Below, piece after piece: positions 9,053 through 18,583 of a DNA stretch of 64,000 bases. Location of the stretch: the NCBI GenBank assembly GCA_963758525.1, contig CAVWVQ010000001.1:224001-288000 (forward strand). Direction: 5' to 3'. The notes below the pieces were generated by a model. It was not told where the DNA came from, did no database searches, and saw only the letters and a program-made list of their open reading frames with translations. Origin of the DNA: an uncultured Phycisphaerales bacterium. Its GTDB lineage: Bacteria > Planctomycetota > Phycisphaerae > Tepidisphaerales > Tepidisphaeraceae. A program made the translations under genes and the position numbers. Positions within the stretch are counted from its first letter, which is position 1. Every line of letters begins with the position of its first letter.

Positions 9053-10080
9053 CTAAATCGGCAGCCGATCGCAGTGACGCACAGGAGCCGGAGCCGGCTC
9101 ATCTGGCAGAAGCTTGCGATCGCCGTCACTCATCCTCGAATGCCCCCTTGCAAGCAGATTCTGGAGAAACATTTCCGCCCAGGCGTCACCCTGTTCTCTC
9201 TTATGCCACTCATGAACCATCGCCAGACGCCGACTTACTGTTCTCTCCAACCATCGCTGCATCGCCTCAAGCTCCTCCACCTCCTTCGGGTAGACCTTCA
9301 CCGCCGCCACGCCGAAGCCACCCCCGGATCGTCTCCCAAAACGGAGCCCGCCGGCGGCGCTCGACATGCAACGCGCGATCCTGATAGAAGTCGATCGACC
9401 CAGCCACCAACTCCCCAATCCGCCGAACCAACTCAGCGCCGGTGTACACGCCAAGCAGCTTGTCCCACACCGCGTCGGCATGAGCCTTAAAAAACCGTGC
9501 CTCATACCTCACCGCGTTAATCTCGCCATCCGATTCCGCCGCCTTGTCATACACGCACACCACCCGCCCGCCTTCACGCTCACCGAAATAAATCGTGTTC
9601 CCCTGCCGCCCCCCCTTGCCATCCCCCTCCTGGTGATGGCGGTGGCGACCCGGCCCAAACAATCGCGGCTCTGCATACCGCTCCCACAAGTCCGCCACCT
9701 CAATCACGCGCTCGAAGTCATCGAACGCACAATCCACCCGCGTCGCCTTGACCCCATGCACCCCACGCAGCCGCAACAGAAACCCCGCCATCGTCTCCGC
9801 GTCCAGCTGCGCAAGCCTGGCCGGTCACGTTCAGACAGACATCCGGCCTCGAGAACTCATCAGGGCCGCCATCCTCACACGGCGAGAAATTCAGCGTCAC
9901 ACCCGCCGTAAAGGCGTAGTGGCACCGATACCCCCGCACAACGCCGAACCGTTCCTCATGCGGCCACCCGAACACCTCTTCCACGATGTGCAGCAACGCC
10001 CCAATCTCCGTTGCCGGCGTCACAAACGTCAGCCAATCCAAACGAAGGACAGAACGACGTACACCACTTGGCGCATCCAT
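9053..10080 (-). CDS. rolling-circle replication initiator, Rep_trans family (split by 2 frameshifts)
   Basis: LRLDWLTFV, TRVDCAFDD, TIYFGEREGG..CVYDKAAE, VRYEARF across ORFs 9718-10080, 9267-9791 and 9053-9505. Confidence 0.85.
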
Positions 10081-10102
10081 GCTTACTCCGACTTGTCAAT
10101 CT

Positions 10103-10128
10103 GGACCCCCTGTTAGAGGGTGGGGTCC
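10103..10128 (-). other. putative double-strand origin / nick hairpin
   Basis: Minus strand GGACCCC-ACCCTCTAACAG-GGGGTCC; loop resembles the pT181-family nick motif CTCT^AATAG; lies just upstream of rep. Confidence 0.6.
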
Positions 10129-10299
10129 CCACAGACCACCACCCGCCCCGCCCCACAACGACAACGCCTACTCTCACAACAGCGCCCGCCGTCGACATCC
10201 ACCGCCAACCGAATGCGTCCACCGAAGACGATCACGACGACCCCGCCGCCCGGCAACGTCACCAACTCGCGAACGCACTCGAACCGAGAGACATCAAAC

Positions 10300-10740
10300 C
10301 ACGCCTCAGAGTTTTCATTTTCCCGCCCGCTCGAGCCGGCCCGAGCTCCGCCAGCCGGTCCCCGCCTTTGCTCAGAAACGCATTTACACGACGTGCGCAT
10401 ATGTCCACCTCGTAAAGTGTCAGATCTGATTCAATCGCAGAGCAGGGGGCGGCCCCCCTGCAACCCCCGGAAGGCGGCTCCGCCTGAAGGAAGCCGGCAA
10501 CAGCACCGGCCACGCCGGCAGCAAGCCCACCACTCCCGCAACAGTGCTGCCGTCATGTCCGGTGCAGATGCCGGCAGAAAGTGAGCGCTGCGCACAAGGA
10601 CGCTGCGCGGCCAATCTTTTTCCACCGCTCGCTGGGACGGAAGCGAGCGGCGGAAAAAAAATGTGCGGGGGGATGTTCCTGCCCGCACTCTCACGATGCC
10701 GCCGCGCTTCGCTTACCACCCGGCCCGGCCGGAAAGGATC
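10300..10740. other. phage intergenic region with multiple hairpins (candidate packaging signal / single-strand origin)
   Basis: Inverted repeats such as GCAGGGGG..CCCCCTGC (~10442-10460) and TTTTTTCC..CGCTCGCT/AGCGAGCG..GGAAAAAA (~10617-10660); no credible ORF. Confidence 0.55.
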
Positions 10741-10744
10741 CACC

Positions 10745-11155
10745 ATGGCACGCCCCACCGAACTGATCGAGATAGACGGAGAAATCGAACACTTACGCCG
10801 ACGCATCAACGATCTCACGCAATCACTCGCCGTCACAGACGCAACGGCGGACCTCGCGCGAAAGGAACTCGCACGGCTCAACGCGTACATCGGCGGAGTG
10901 CACGGCGAACACGGCCGCGGTATCGGAGCGTTACAGCAGACTTGCGCGGACCTCATCAAGAGCCTCGACGCGGTCGCAACCGAAACACAAAAGCGGCTCG
11001 ACGAGATCCGCGCCAACCTCGACGAGCTCGACGACATCGTAGAGAGCCACCTCAAGGTCACGCAGAGACTCGACGCCCGCCAAAACCAAGCACACGACTG
11101 GCTAACAGCGTTAGAAGCTCGCATAGCGCAACTCGAGGCAGACGACAACCCCTGA
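10745..11155 (+). CDS. coiled-coil phage protein (only antisense gene of the prophage)
   Basis: GAAAGGA RBS, 136 aa with heptad periodicity. Confidence 0.7.
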   Translation: MARPTELIEIDGEIEHLRRRINDLTQSLAVTDATADLARKELARLNAYIGGVHGEHGRGIGALQQTCADLIKSLDAVATETQKRLDEIRANLDELDDIVESHLKVTQRLDARQNQAHDWLTALEARIAQLEADDNP

Positions 11156-11196
11156 TGGATCAACACGCCGGCGGCGCACCCGCGCCGCCGGCACAG

Positions 11197-11433
11197 TCAC
11201 ACGTCCCCCGCCGCCGAGTCACAGCCTGGCGAGTCACACATCCCCACCACCGGCGACGGCCCACCCCCGTCCCGCACCGCACGCCACACCCGCTGCGCAT
11301 CCGCCCCGTGCGCGAACTCCACGCGCCCGCCCACGAAGGAAATCACCAAGCGGTCCGAACCCTCCCACCGCACCGACGCCACGTAGCGCAGCACAATCAC
11401 CGTACGACCCAAGACCAACCGTTCGTCCGTCAC
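11197..11433 (-). CDS. small phage hypothetical protein
   Basis: GTG start overlapping the secretin stop (GTGA); 78 aa. Confidence 0.5.
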   Translation of the reverse strand: MTDERLVLGRTVIVLRYVASVRWEGSDRLVISFVGGRVEFAHGADAQRVWRAVRDGGGPSPVVGMCDSPGCDSAAGDV

Positions 11434-12902
11434 CGTCCACCTGCCTTTGCTACCGCTATCGCCGCCTCTGCCGCCGACAACCGATCCTGATCGGCCCGGT
11501 ACACGGCTTCCCACTCACGGCGAATCGCCAACACGTCACGCCCGACCTCCTCGACCGATCTATCCACCGGAGCCGGCCCCCGCCCAGGCACGTCTACCGG
11601 CCCCACCGGCTTGAGCGGCACGTCCGGCGACCCGCTCGGCCTAGGGGCCTCGCTCCCGCCGTCCGTCCGCTCCACCGGCCCGCCTGTACCCCGGCCCACG
11701 CGCGTCACGCTGGCCCACAGCTGGACGACCCGGCCGGAGCTCTCCGCGTCCGCCAACGATTGCAGCCCCAGCGTATGACTCAGCGTCCACGTGCGGCGCT
11801 CCACCTCGCCCACCAGCGCCGTCCCACCAACGTCGATCGGGGCCGAGGCGGCGAACTGGAAACCGGTCGTCGTCGGAACCCCCTGATCAGACAGCGCCAG
11901 CAACGACGTGCTGGAATAATCCACCGTCAACGCAGCACGATCCGTCCCGGCCGGACGAACAGTCAACGTCACGTCGAGGCCCACCCGATAAGGAACCAAC
12001 GTGCTTTGCGTTTGCGTCCCCTGATCATTCGTCGCCGACTGCGGCAACAGGTACGTCGTCCCATCCGACAACTTCCCCGGCACGCCGCCCGCCAGCACCA
12101 TCAGCGGCGACACCAGCGCCCGCACGTGATTGTTCTCATGGCTCGCCACAATCATGGCCTGCAACATCGCGCTTGCCACCGTCGTGACTCCACCGGTCGC
12201 GACATGGCCCAACACGCCCTGGAGCGTCACAGTCGCCGAACCGTCCCACCCCACCTTTTGCAGAAACTCGCGCGACACGTCGAACGCGTAGACGTGAATC
12301 AGCCACGCATCCGCCGGCGCCGCATCAAGCTGCGCCAACACATCGCCTATCTTCTGGTCGATTTCCACGCTGTCACCCACGACTACGATTCCGTCCTCGG
12401 TCACCGAAAGCCGCCCGGCGTCCGACAGATAGACCCGCAACAGCGCATCCAACTTATCCGGCGCGACCCGAGCACACCGACCAACGAGAACCGCGCGATC
12501 CTGCGGCCGCAATGAGCCGATAAACCACAACGACCCCAGGCGAGTCACATCCGCCCCAACGCGCCTCGCGACCGCCGCCAGCACGTCGCCCACCGGCACG
12601 CCCTGCACCCGAATATTCACTGTTGACTTATCCAACTTGGCCTCACAGATCGCCGACACGCCATCATCCACCGCCAGCCGCCCGAGGAACTGCTCGAGCG
12701 TTATGCCCTCCGCTGACAACGAAACGCGCGCCCCCGTGTCCCGTGTCTGCAGCGCCGACGCCACCGGCAGCGCTGCCGAGTACGCCGCCCGGAACTCCCG
12801 CTCCGCCCGCAACTCCGGCGCTTCTTGGCACCCAATCGCGACCGAGAGCCACATGCCGCACCACCCCGCGCCGATCGAACGTAGCAACGCCTTCAACATC
12901 AT
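11430..12902 (-). CDS. secretin (pIV-like), probable lipoprotein
   Basis: Lipobox-like VAIGC, N0 domain (VSLSAEGITLEQFL..VNIRVQGVPVGDVL), N3 domain, secretin beta domain (SPLMVLAGG..VGLDVTLTVRP). Confidence 0.8.
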   Translation of the reverse strand: MMLKALLRSIGAGWCGMWLSVAIGCQEAPELRAEREFRAAYSAALPVASALQTRDTGARVSLSAEGITLEQFLGRLAVDDGVSAICEAKLDKSTVNIRVQGVPVGDVLAAVARRVGADVTRLGSLWFIGSLRPQDRAVLVGRCARVAPDKLDALLRVYLSDAGRLSVTEDGIVVVGDSVEIDQKIGDVLAQLDAAPADAWLIHVYAFDVSREFLQKVGWDGSATVTLQGVLGHVATGGVTTVASAMLQAMIVASHENNHVRALVSPLMVLAGGVPGKLSDGTTYLLPQSATNDQGTQTQSTLVPYRVGLDVTLTVRPAGTDRAALTVDYSSTSLLALSDQGVPTTTGFQFAASAPIDVGGTALVGEVERRTWTLSHTLGLQSLADAESSGRVVQLWASVTRVGRGTGGPVERTDGGSEAPRPSGSPDVPLKPVGPVDVPGRGPAPVDRSVEEVGRDVLAIRREWEAVYRADQDRLSAAEAAIAVAKAGGR

Positions 12903-14100
12903 TCACCACCTCAAGCCGCCAACCCAACGCGGCACCACTCTCCACAGTTTCGCCCACACGCAACACGGCCCCATCCTCAAACACGACCTCTTCCCGACGC
13001 ACGAGCACCAGGCGAACAACCCCCACGCGATCGTCGACCAACGCCGGCCGACCAGCCGCTGCCCCCCCCCCCACACCACCTCCACCCCGATATCGCCCCC
13101 CGCCGAGCTCAGTCACACGATGCCCACCCACGCCCTGGTCGGTCACCCCCGCAGGCCCAGCGCCTTGTGACGCCGGCAACGCGGCCCGCATATTCTTCGC
13201 AGCAAACCCCCCGACCCCCGACACGATGCCGTGCACGAGGCACCCGCCGCCGCCACAGACGAAAAACAACGGCAACCACAAAAGCCAAGACCGCATCAAC
13301 AACGCATAAAAGTGCTTCGACACGAACCAATTGATCAGGCCCGGCCAAGACCGCCGCTCATACTCCCTCTTGCGCGGCCCGCCCGCCTGCCCGCCCCCCG
13401 ACTCCGGCTTGGAGTAGCTGTCGTAGAGCTCAAAGTACCGAGGCAGAAGGTAGTGAAACTTTTCGCGCTCGCGGATGAAGCGCGCATTAACTTCGCGCCC
13501 CAGTGTCTCCCAAACCGCCGCAAGATATGTCCCGGTAAGTTTTGCGCGTAATTCATACCAATCTCCGAGCTCGATGTGAAAAAACGGGTCGGGGCGCTCA
13601 TCACTATGAACGAGCTCACGACGGAGCCCGCTCTCATTCTTGATAACGCGCGCCACCTTCATCTCGTTCTGACTTAGAAATTCTATAGTCGCCCCCTGAT
13701 GCCGAATCGTCCCCAACCATTTCTGCCACTGCGCCAGATATGACATCTTCGCCCCGACCCCCGCATACTCATGGATTTCGTCAATGGCGATATGGGTATC
13801 GGCCAACGATTGCCCCTTGAAGAAATCCCACGGGCCGCGCTGCCCCAGCCGCCACGCCGCCAACTCCTCCTCCGGGAAACGATGCAGCCGCGCCTCATAC
13901 TCATCAGCATCGCCATTCTTATTCTTCGACCACTGCGCCGCCAAGACCGCCAACGTGCGCGGCTCATACGGAAAGTTGCTCCAATGATGCAAGTTCGTTT
14001 CCGGCAGCAACTCCTCCGAGAGGAATTTCGCACACCGCAGCAAACTCTTGCCGCTGCCGGCCCGCCCCACTGTGAATTGAACCGACGTCCTGACGGCCAT
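12664..14100 (-). CDS. Zot-like assembly ATPase (pI)
   Basis: N-terminal Walker A GRAGSGKS, Walker B IAIDEIH, RHQG..LSQ motif, central TM helix. Confidence 0.9.
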   Translation of the reverse strand: MAVRTSVQFTVGRAGSGKSLLRCAKFLSEELLPETNLHHWSNFPYEPRTLAVLAAQWSKNKNGDADEYEARLHRFPEEELAAWRLGQRGPWDFFKGQSLADTHIAIDEIHEYAGVGAKMSYLAQWQKWLGTIRHQGATIEFLSQNEMKVARVIKNESGLRRELVHSDERPDPFFHIELGDWYELRAKLTGTYLAAVWETLGREVNARFIREREKFHYLLPRYFELYDSYSKPESGGGQAGGPRKREYERRSWPGLINWFVSKHFYALLMRSWLLWLPLFFVCGGGGCLVHGIVSGVGGFAAKNMRAALPASQGAGPAGVTDQGVGGHRVTELGGGRYRGGGGVGGGAAAGRPALVDDRVGVVRLVLVRREEVVFEDGAVLRVGETVESGAALGWRLEVVNDVEGVATFDRRGVVRHVALGRDWVPRSAGVAGGAGVPGGVLGSAAGGVGAADTGHGGARFVVSGGHNARAVPRAAGGG

Positions 14101-14101
14101 A

Positions 14102-14200
14102 CTACTCCCAATCCTGCAACGCAACCCACAACAGCGCGGCCATCCCCCACCCGCAAAGCGCCAGCTTCACCAACAAGTCGACCACCACATCGGACCGCAT
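14102..14200 (-). CDS. 32-aa single-TM phage protein
   Basis: Hand-translated MRSDVVVDLLVKLALCGWGMAALLWVALQDWE; AGGGAG RBS; fills the pVI-pI gap. Confidence 0.5.
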   Translation of the reverse strand: MRSDVVVDLLVKLALCGWGMAALLWVALQDWE

Positions 14201-14226
14201 CGCGACTCCCTGGACAGTCACGCCCC

Positions 14227-14490
14227 TCAGAACAGCCGCACGACCAGCTTGACGCAAAAGTACACAATGAACGACACCAGAAACCCCGCGAGGAGCTCAC
14301 AAAGCGTATCCAGTGGAAACCACAGATTGAGCAGCGAGCAGTACGTCGCAAGCGTCGCCAGCGTTGCGTTAGTCGGGATCGTCGGCAGCGGCGCGACCGC
14401 CAGTTGCAGCAACGTGTACCCGAGCTCGCACGCCCAATTCTCGAGGTACCCCAAGAAGTTCAGCAGCGCCTGCAACACGTAATAAATCAT
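14227..14490 (-). CDS. minor coat protein pVI-like
   Basis: 87 aa, hydrophobic, LNLWFPLDT motif, located between the pIII-like gene and Zot. Confidence 0.75.
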   Translation of the reverse strand: MIYYVLQALLNFLGYLENWACELGYTLLQLAVAPLPTIPTNATLATLATYCSLLNLWFPLDTLCELLAGFLVSFIVYFCVKLVVRLF

Positions 14491-14493
14491 GGG

Positions 14494-15521
14494 TCACCAG
14501 TCCTTCAACGTCTTCCACAACAGCCAACAAAACGACATGACCAAAAAGAATGTCGCCACCCCACGAACCGTGCCCTGCGCCCCCGACACAGCCGAACCAT
14601 AAGGCGTACCGTTCAGCGTGAACGACCCCGACTGCGGGTTAACGTCGATGCGGATTTCCGACCCGCCAAGCACACTCGGCAGATGCCAATCGACCGGCTC
14701 CAACGTCATCTGTTCAGAGAGATTCGCCGAACTGAACTGCGCGGCGAATGGAAACTTCGTGGTCAGCAACGTCTCAATCTCCCCCATGCAACTGGGCGCC
14801 GTCGTCGCGGGTTGCGTTGTCGGAGAAGGGCTGGTCGTCGTCGACGTGTCAGACGCCCCGGTAGTCGGGGCCAGCCCCGTAATCGTGATCTGCGCGTACC
14901 CCGGCGGCACCGAGTGCGACGCCCACGCATTTTGCCCTCCATTCAACGCGGTGAACAACGGCGAGAATGCCATCGTCACGTAGTAATTCGTCGCCCCGCC
15001 ACCCGACGGATACGACACGGGATCTTCCCCAAAATCCCCATTCAGCTTCGTGGCCGACGAATACGGCTCGCGCCAGTAGAACGTGTTGACATCGGTCCCC
15101 TGATCCCCAGCGTACACCTGGACCCCACCAATCCAGACCTGATACCCCGTCGCGTCGAGCTCGATCTTAAAATCCACCTCGAGCCGATCCCCGTTCGGAA
15201 CGTACGCCGACCCGCTCCAGCGCCACAAATCCAAAGCAAACGTCCCCTCATAGACGCCATTACTCCCGCTAGACCCCAACCCGCACTGGACCGTCAGCAA
15301 GTTTTGAAATGAAGGGAACCCCGAATTAACTTGGCCCGGCGGCAAGAACACGTCCGGGAACCCCGCCCGTGGGTATTGCGTCAGCGCCCCGACAGGTCCC
15401 CGTAAAAGAGGCTGCTCCCGTATTGGTACGCTACCGTCGCTTCCGCCTGAAAATCCACCGGATTGCCAGCCGCCCCACCCGCCACGACCGACAAGGCCAG
15501 CGCCACGAAGGCAACCCGCAT
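14494..15521 (-). CDS. attachment protein pIII-like (frameshifted near 15350-15390)
   Basis: Signal peptide MRVAFVALALSVVAGGAAG, beta-rich domain, Thr/Pro linker, C-terminal TM anchor, upstream of pVI. Confidence 0.7.
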
Positions 15522-15559
15522 CGCACCCAGCTCAGTCACACCACCGCCCATCGCACGCC

Positions 15560-15697
15560 TCAAAAGAATTTGGACATCTTGGAGAGCATCACCAAGCGCC
15601 ACAGCTGCAACCCGACGAGGAAACCGACGCCGAGCGCTATCGCCTCACCATATAGATTGATGGCACCCATCAACTGGCTGAACTGGTCATCCGTCAT
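15560..15697 (-). CDS. small minor coat-like protein (pVII/pIX-like), 45 aa
   Basis: Acidic N-terminus, one TM helix, basic C-terminus (MTDDQFSQLMGAINLYGEAIALGVGFLVGLQLWRLVMLSKMSKFF). Confidence 0.65.
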   Translation of the reverse strand: MTDDQFSQLMGAINLYGEAIALGVGFLVGLQLWRLVMLSKMSKFF

Positions 15698-15830
15698 ACG
15701 CTTCCGACCCCGAGCACTCATGCTCAACCTTGCAATGCCAGTACGCGGCCGACATGGACTTGACAATGTCACCACACATCGGACACCGCAACGTCACACC
15801 AGTACCGTAAGACACGGCGACCTCCAATCA

Positions 15831-15872
15831 CAAAAGGGGAGCGGAGCGCCCGCAACGCAGGCGCCCCGCTCA
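15831..15872 (-). terminator. intrinsic terminator after major coat gene
   Basis: GAGCGGGGCGCC..GGCGCTCCGCTC hairpin followed by CCCTTTT; same position as the central terminator of Ff phages. Confidence 0.6.
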
Positions 15873-15887
15873 GGCGGAAAACCGGGA

Positions 15888-16130
15888 TCAGCCACCCTTG
15901 ACGCCGCGACGCGCCCACTTCCAGAACGCGGCGAAGATCACCAGCGCGATGAACACGCCGAACAAGACACCGAGAATGGTGCCCATGTTCGCCGCAGCCG
16001 CGGTGGTCAAGGAGCCAGCGTCAACGCCGAGATCAAACGGCGTGGAATCCGCGCGGGCCGTGGCCGACAGACCCACAAGAGCAGTGCACATCAACAGTGC
16101 ACCGACGATACGAGAACGGAACCGAGACAT
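15888..16130 (-). CDS. major coat protein (pVIII-like)
   Basis: GAGGAG RBS; signal peptide ending ARA; 53-aa mature protein with acidic N-terminus, TM helix and basic WKWARRGVKGG tail. Confidence 0.85.
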   Translation of the reverse strand: MSRFRSRIVGALLMCTALVGLSATARADSTPFDLGVDAGSLTTAAAANMGTILGVLFGVFIALVIFAAFWKWARRGVKGG

Positions 16131-16201
16131 AGAAACTCCTCATACATGACGACCACACCGGCCGTCCCTCTTACCGAGGCTTGACCCGCCAAACACCCTG
16201 G

Positions 16202-17379
16202 TCAGTCACCACCCACCATCCGACCTATCAACGCTTCCGCTTTTCCACGACACTCCACGCAGCGCGAGTTCCCCGCAATCACAGGAGCCCCACATTCCCA
16301 ACACGTAGGCGACTCCACCTCCTCCGCCTCACTCACAGCCCCCCCCGGCGAATTGTCCCCCAACTCGGAGCCCATCGACTCCAACGACTCTCCACCCGAC
16401 ACCTCCCCATACACATGATGCTCGACCGCCCCCACCACCGCGCCTTCGTTCGAGTCAATCACCATCCCCCCATCTTCGCCCGCCATCTGCCGCACGCACC
16501 GCCGACAAAAACCGCCGCCGTCACCATCGCGCTCAGCACGACTCAACCGAACCCCGCACCCGTCACACCGCCACGCATCAACCCCCGGCCCCTCCTCCAC
16601 CGCAGGCTCCGTCCCGCCTCCCACCGACCGCTTAGACCAAATCCAAAACGCGCCGAGGACCAAGAGCACAAGAACACACCGAAGATCAAACCCAGGTGAC
16701 CCCCCATCGCCGACGCCACGCTCGCCACCTTAGCCCCCACCGAACCCGAACCCGCCTTCCCCAAACCCGCCGAATCAAAGGTATAAGTGCCCGCCCCATC
16801 CCCCCCCCCACCGCCACCAGCCCCGCCACCCGAACCGCCACCACCCGAGCCACCACCGCCCGATCCGCCACCTGAACCACCGCCAGCACCGAAACCACTC
16901 CCAGGCGACGACCACAGGACCCCCGAGCCCGAAACCGTCCCATCCGTCCCCAGCGAAACGACATCGTCCACACCCGACGTCAGCACATCCGCCCCACTCA
17001 CCGCGTCCGCTTCTGCCGCAGCTAACGCCGACGAGTCACCCGCGAACCCACCGTCAAACACCACCCCACTCTCTGAATCGAAGCCCACACTCTCACGGGT
17101 CTCACCGGCGGAAACCGTATCGTAATAAAACGGCGAACCATCCACACTCACCAACTCAGTCACCCAAAACCCCTCATCATTAACGCCACCAACCAGGTTC
17201 GGAACCGAATCATCAGAAAAACTAATCGTCCGAGACTGCGCCCGACACACCCCCGGCAACACTAGAAATGCCAGCAGCCAAACCACAAGCACGGGTAGCG
17301 CACGACCAGTTGACCGCACCACACCACCCGCACCACCCACAGAACCAAGGTTACCGCAACAATCACGATCCGAGCACAT
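16202..17379 (-). CDS. passenger domain + Gly linker + major-coat paralogue + Cys-rich tail (1-nt frameshift at ~16670)
   Basis: Signal peptide (VCRA-Q), acidic beta domain, GGGS-type linker, coat-like helix 17/32 identical to pVIII, then CxxC x4. Confidence 0.65.
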
Positions 17380-17561
17380 ACACACCACCTTTCGACCGCG
17401 CACACTGACGACACGACCAAGCCTCGCATCGCGCCACCCCACACACACACGCGACCCACGACACGAGGCACCATGCGACTCCACCAAAACCAGACCACCA
17501 CGACTCACAGTCGCCCCAACCCAACAACCGCAGCTATCGCACAACGCCACCAACGAACACA

Positions 17562-17720
17562 TCACCCACCCCCCACAGCCCGAGCCGCATGCCTGGCCAG
17601 CGCCCCAAACACATTCAGCGCCACCTGAATCGACACCATCAAACCCACCACAAGCGCCAGCGTCGCCACGAGCTCACCCAACACTTCCAACGGCACAAAA
17701 CCCGGATCAGGAATAGTCAT
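17562..17720 (-). CDS. 52-aa single-TM phage protein (minor coat-like)
   Basis: Hand-translated MTIPDPGFVPLEVLGELVATLALVVGLMVSIQVALNVFGALARHAARAVGGG; TGATG coupling at both ends. Confidence 0.6.
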   Translation of the reverse strand: MTIPDPGFVPLEVLGELVATLALVVGLMVSIQVALNVFGALARHAARAVGGG

Positions 17721-17878
17721 CACTTGCCCTTAGAAAACGCCTTATCCACCCAACCCCAACCCCGCGCCGCCTGAATCAGCAGGTGGATCGTCAGGCCGCA
17801 CCCGAATCCCACCCCCACCCCGATCCGCAGGAGCTCCCACGCCGTCGCGACCTCGATCGTTGGCATTGTCGTAGGCAT
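17720..17878 (-). CDS. 52-aa single-TM phage protein (minor coat-like)
   Basis: Hand-translated MPTTMPTIEVATAWELLRIGVGVGFGCGLTIHLLIQAARGWGWVDKAFSKGK; GAAAGG RBS. Confidence 0.6.
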   Translation of the reverse strand: MPTTMPTIEVATAWELLRIGVGVGFGCGLTIHLLIQAARGWGWVDKAFSKGK

Positions 17879-18050
17879 CGCGCCGAACCTTTCTCACCCC
17901 CAACAACAACCCCAAAACCGACGCGAGCATCATCGCCAACACGAACCGCCCGAACGCACAGGACGCACACGCCAGCACCATGACAACTCCCAAAACACCC
18001 AGCGGGGTCGCTAGACCCCGCCGAGCGGACAGAAACACACCGACCAGCAA

Positions 18051-18431
18051 CTACCTCGCAGCCTGGGCAGTCACAGGCCCAGCACCATTTCCGGGAGCCT
18101 TCACCGCCGCAGGCATGCCGCGCTTGCGGATGCCCATCGCCGTCAGGTCACATTCCGCCAACAGCGCTTCCGGCTCAAAAGACACCACACGCAAAACCGT
18201 CGTGCGGCCGTACGTCTCCTCCTCCACGTCCACGTTGACCACGATCGGACCACCGGCAGCGATCGTCCCCGCAAAATCGGTCGCGATCGCCTTCGTCGTC
18301 CGATACGTCTTGGCCTCATAGCCAAAGGCGCCCGTCTTCTTGGTCACACTGCCCATGAGCGCCCACAACTCGCTGTAGTCACGCCCGTCATCTGCCACAC
18401 GCGGGTTCGCACCCGTAACAATCAGACGCAT
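18051..18431 (-). CDS. ssDNA-binding protein (pV / Pf1 gene-5-like)
   Basis: 126 aa beta-rich OB-like core (GAFGYEAKTY..GPIVVNV..YGRTT) with Ala/Pro-rich tail; first gene of the structural operon. Confidence 0.65.
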   Translation of the reverse strand: MRLIVTGANPRVADDGRDYSELWALMGSVTKKTGAFGYEAKTYRTTKAIATDFAGTIAAGGPIVVNVDVEEETYGRTTVLRVVSFEPEALLAECDLTAMGIRKRGMPAAVKAPGNGAGPVTAQAAR

Positions 18432-18583
18432 ACCGGCCTCTCTTTCTATTGCGAGCCTATCACTCGCCACCACACTCCAGACCGACAGCGCACGAGAACG
18501 CCCCGCCCGCTGGTCAGAGTTAAAAAGCGCAAAAATTGAAATAAACGTTAATGCCGCAAGAATCGGCAAAAACCCCTCTTTTT

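Noticed and set aside
12664..14100. Zot as an enterotoxin/virulence factor
   Set aside because: Context shows it is the phage assembly ATPase; no evidence for a toxin domain
13771..15312. Long + strand ORFs across the prophage (e.g. 513 aa, 271 aa)
   Set aside because: Arg/Pro/His-rich antisense shadows of the minus-strand phage genes
17742..18050. 102-aa hydrophobic ORF
   Set aside because: TTG start without RBS, and it overlaps a better supported 52-aa ORF; its 5' half might still encode a small TM peptide
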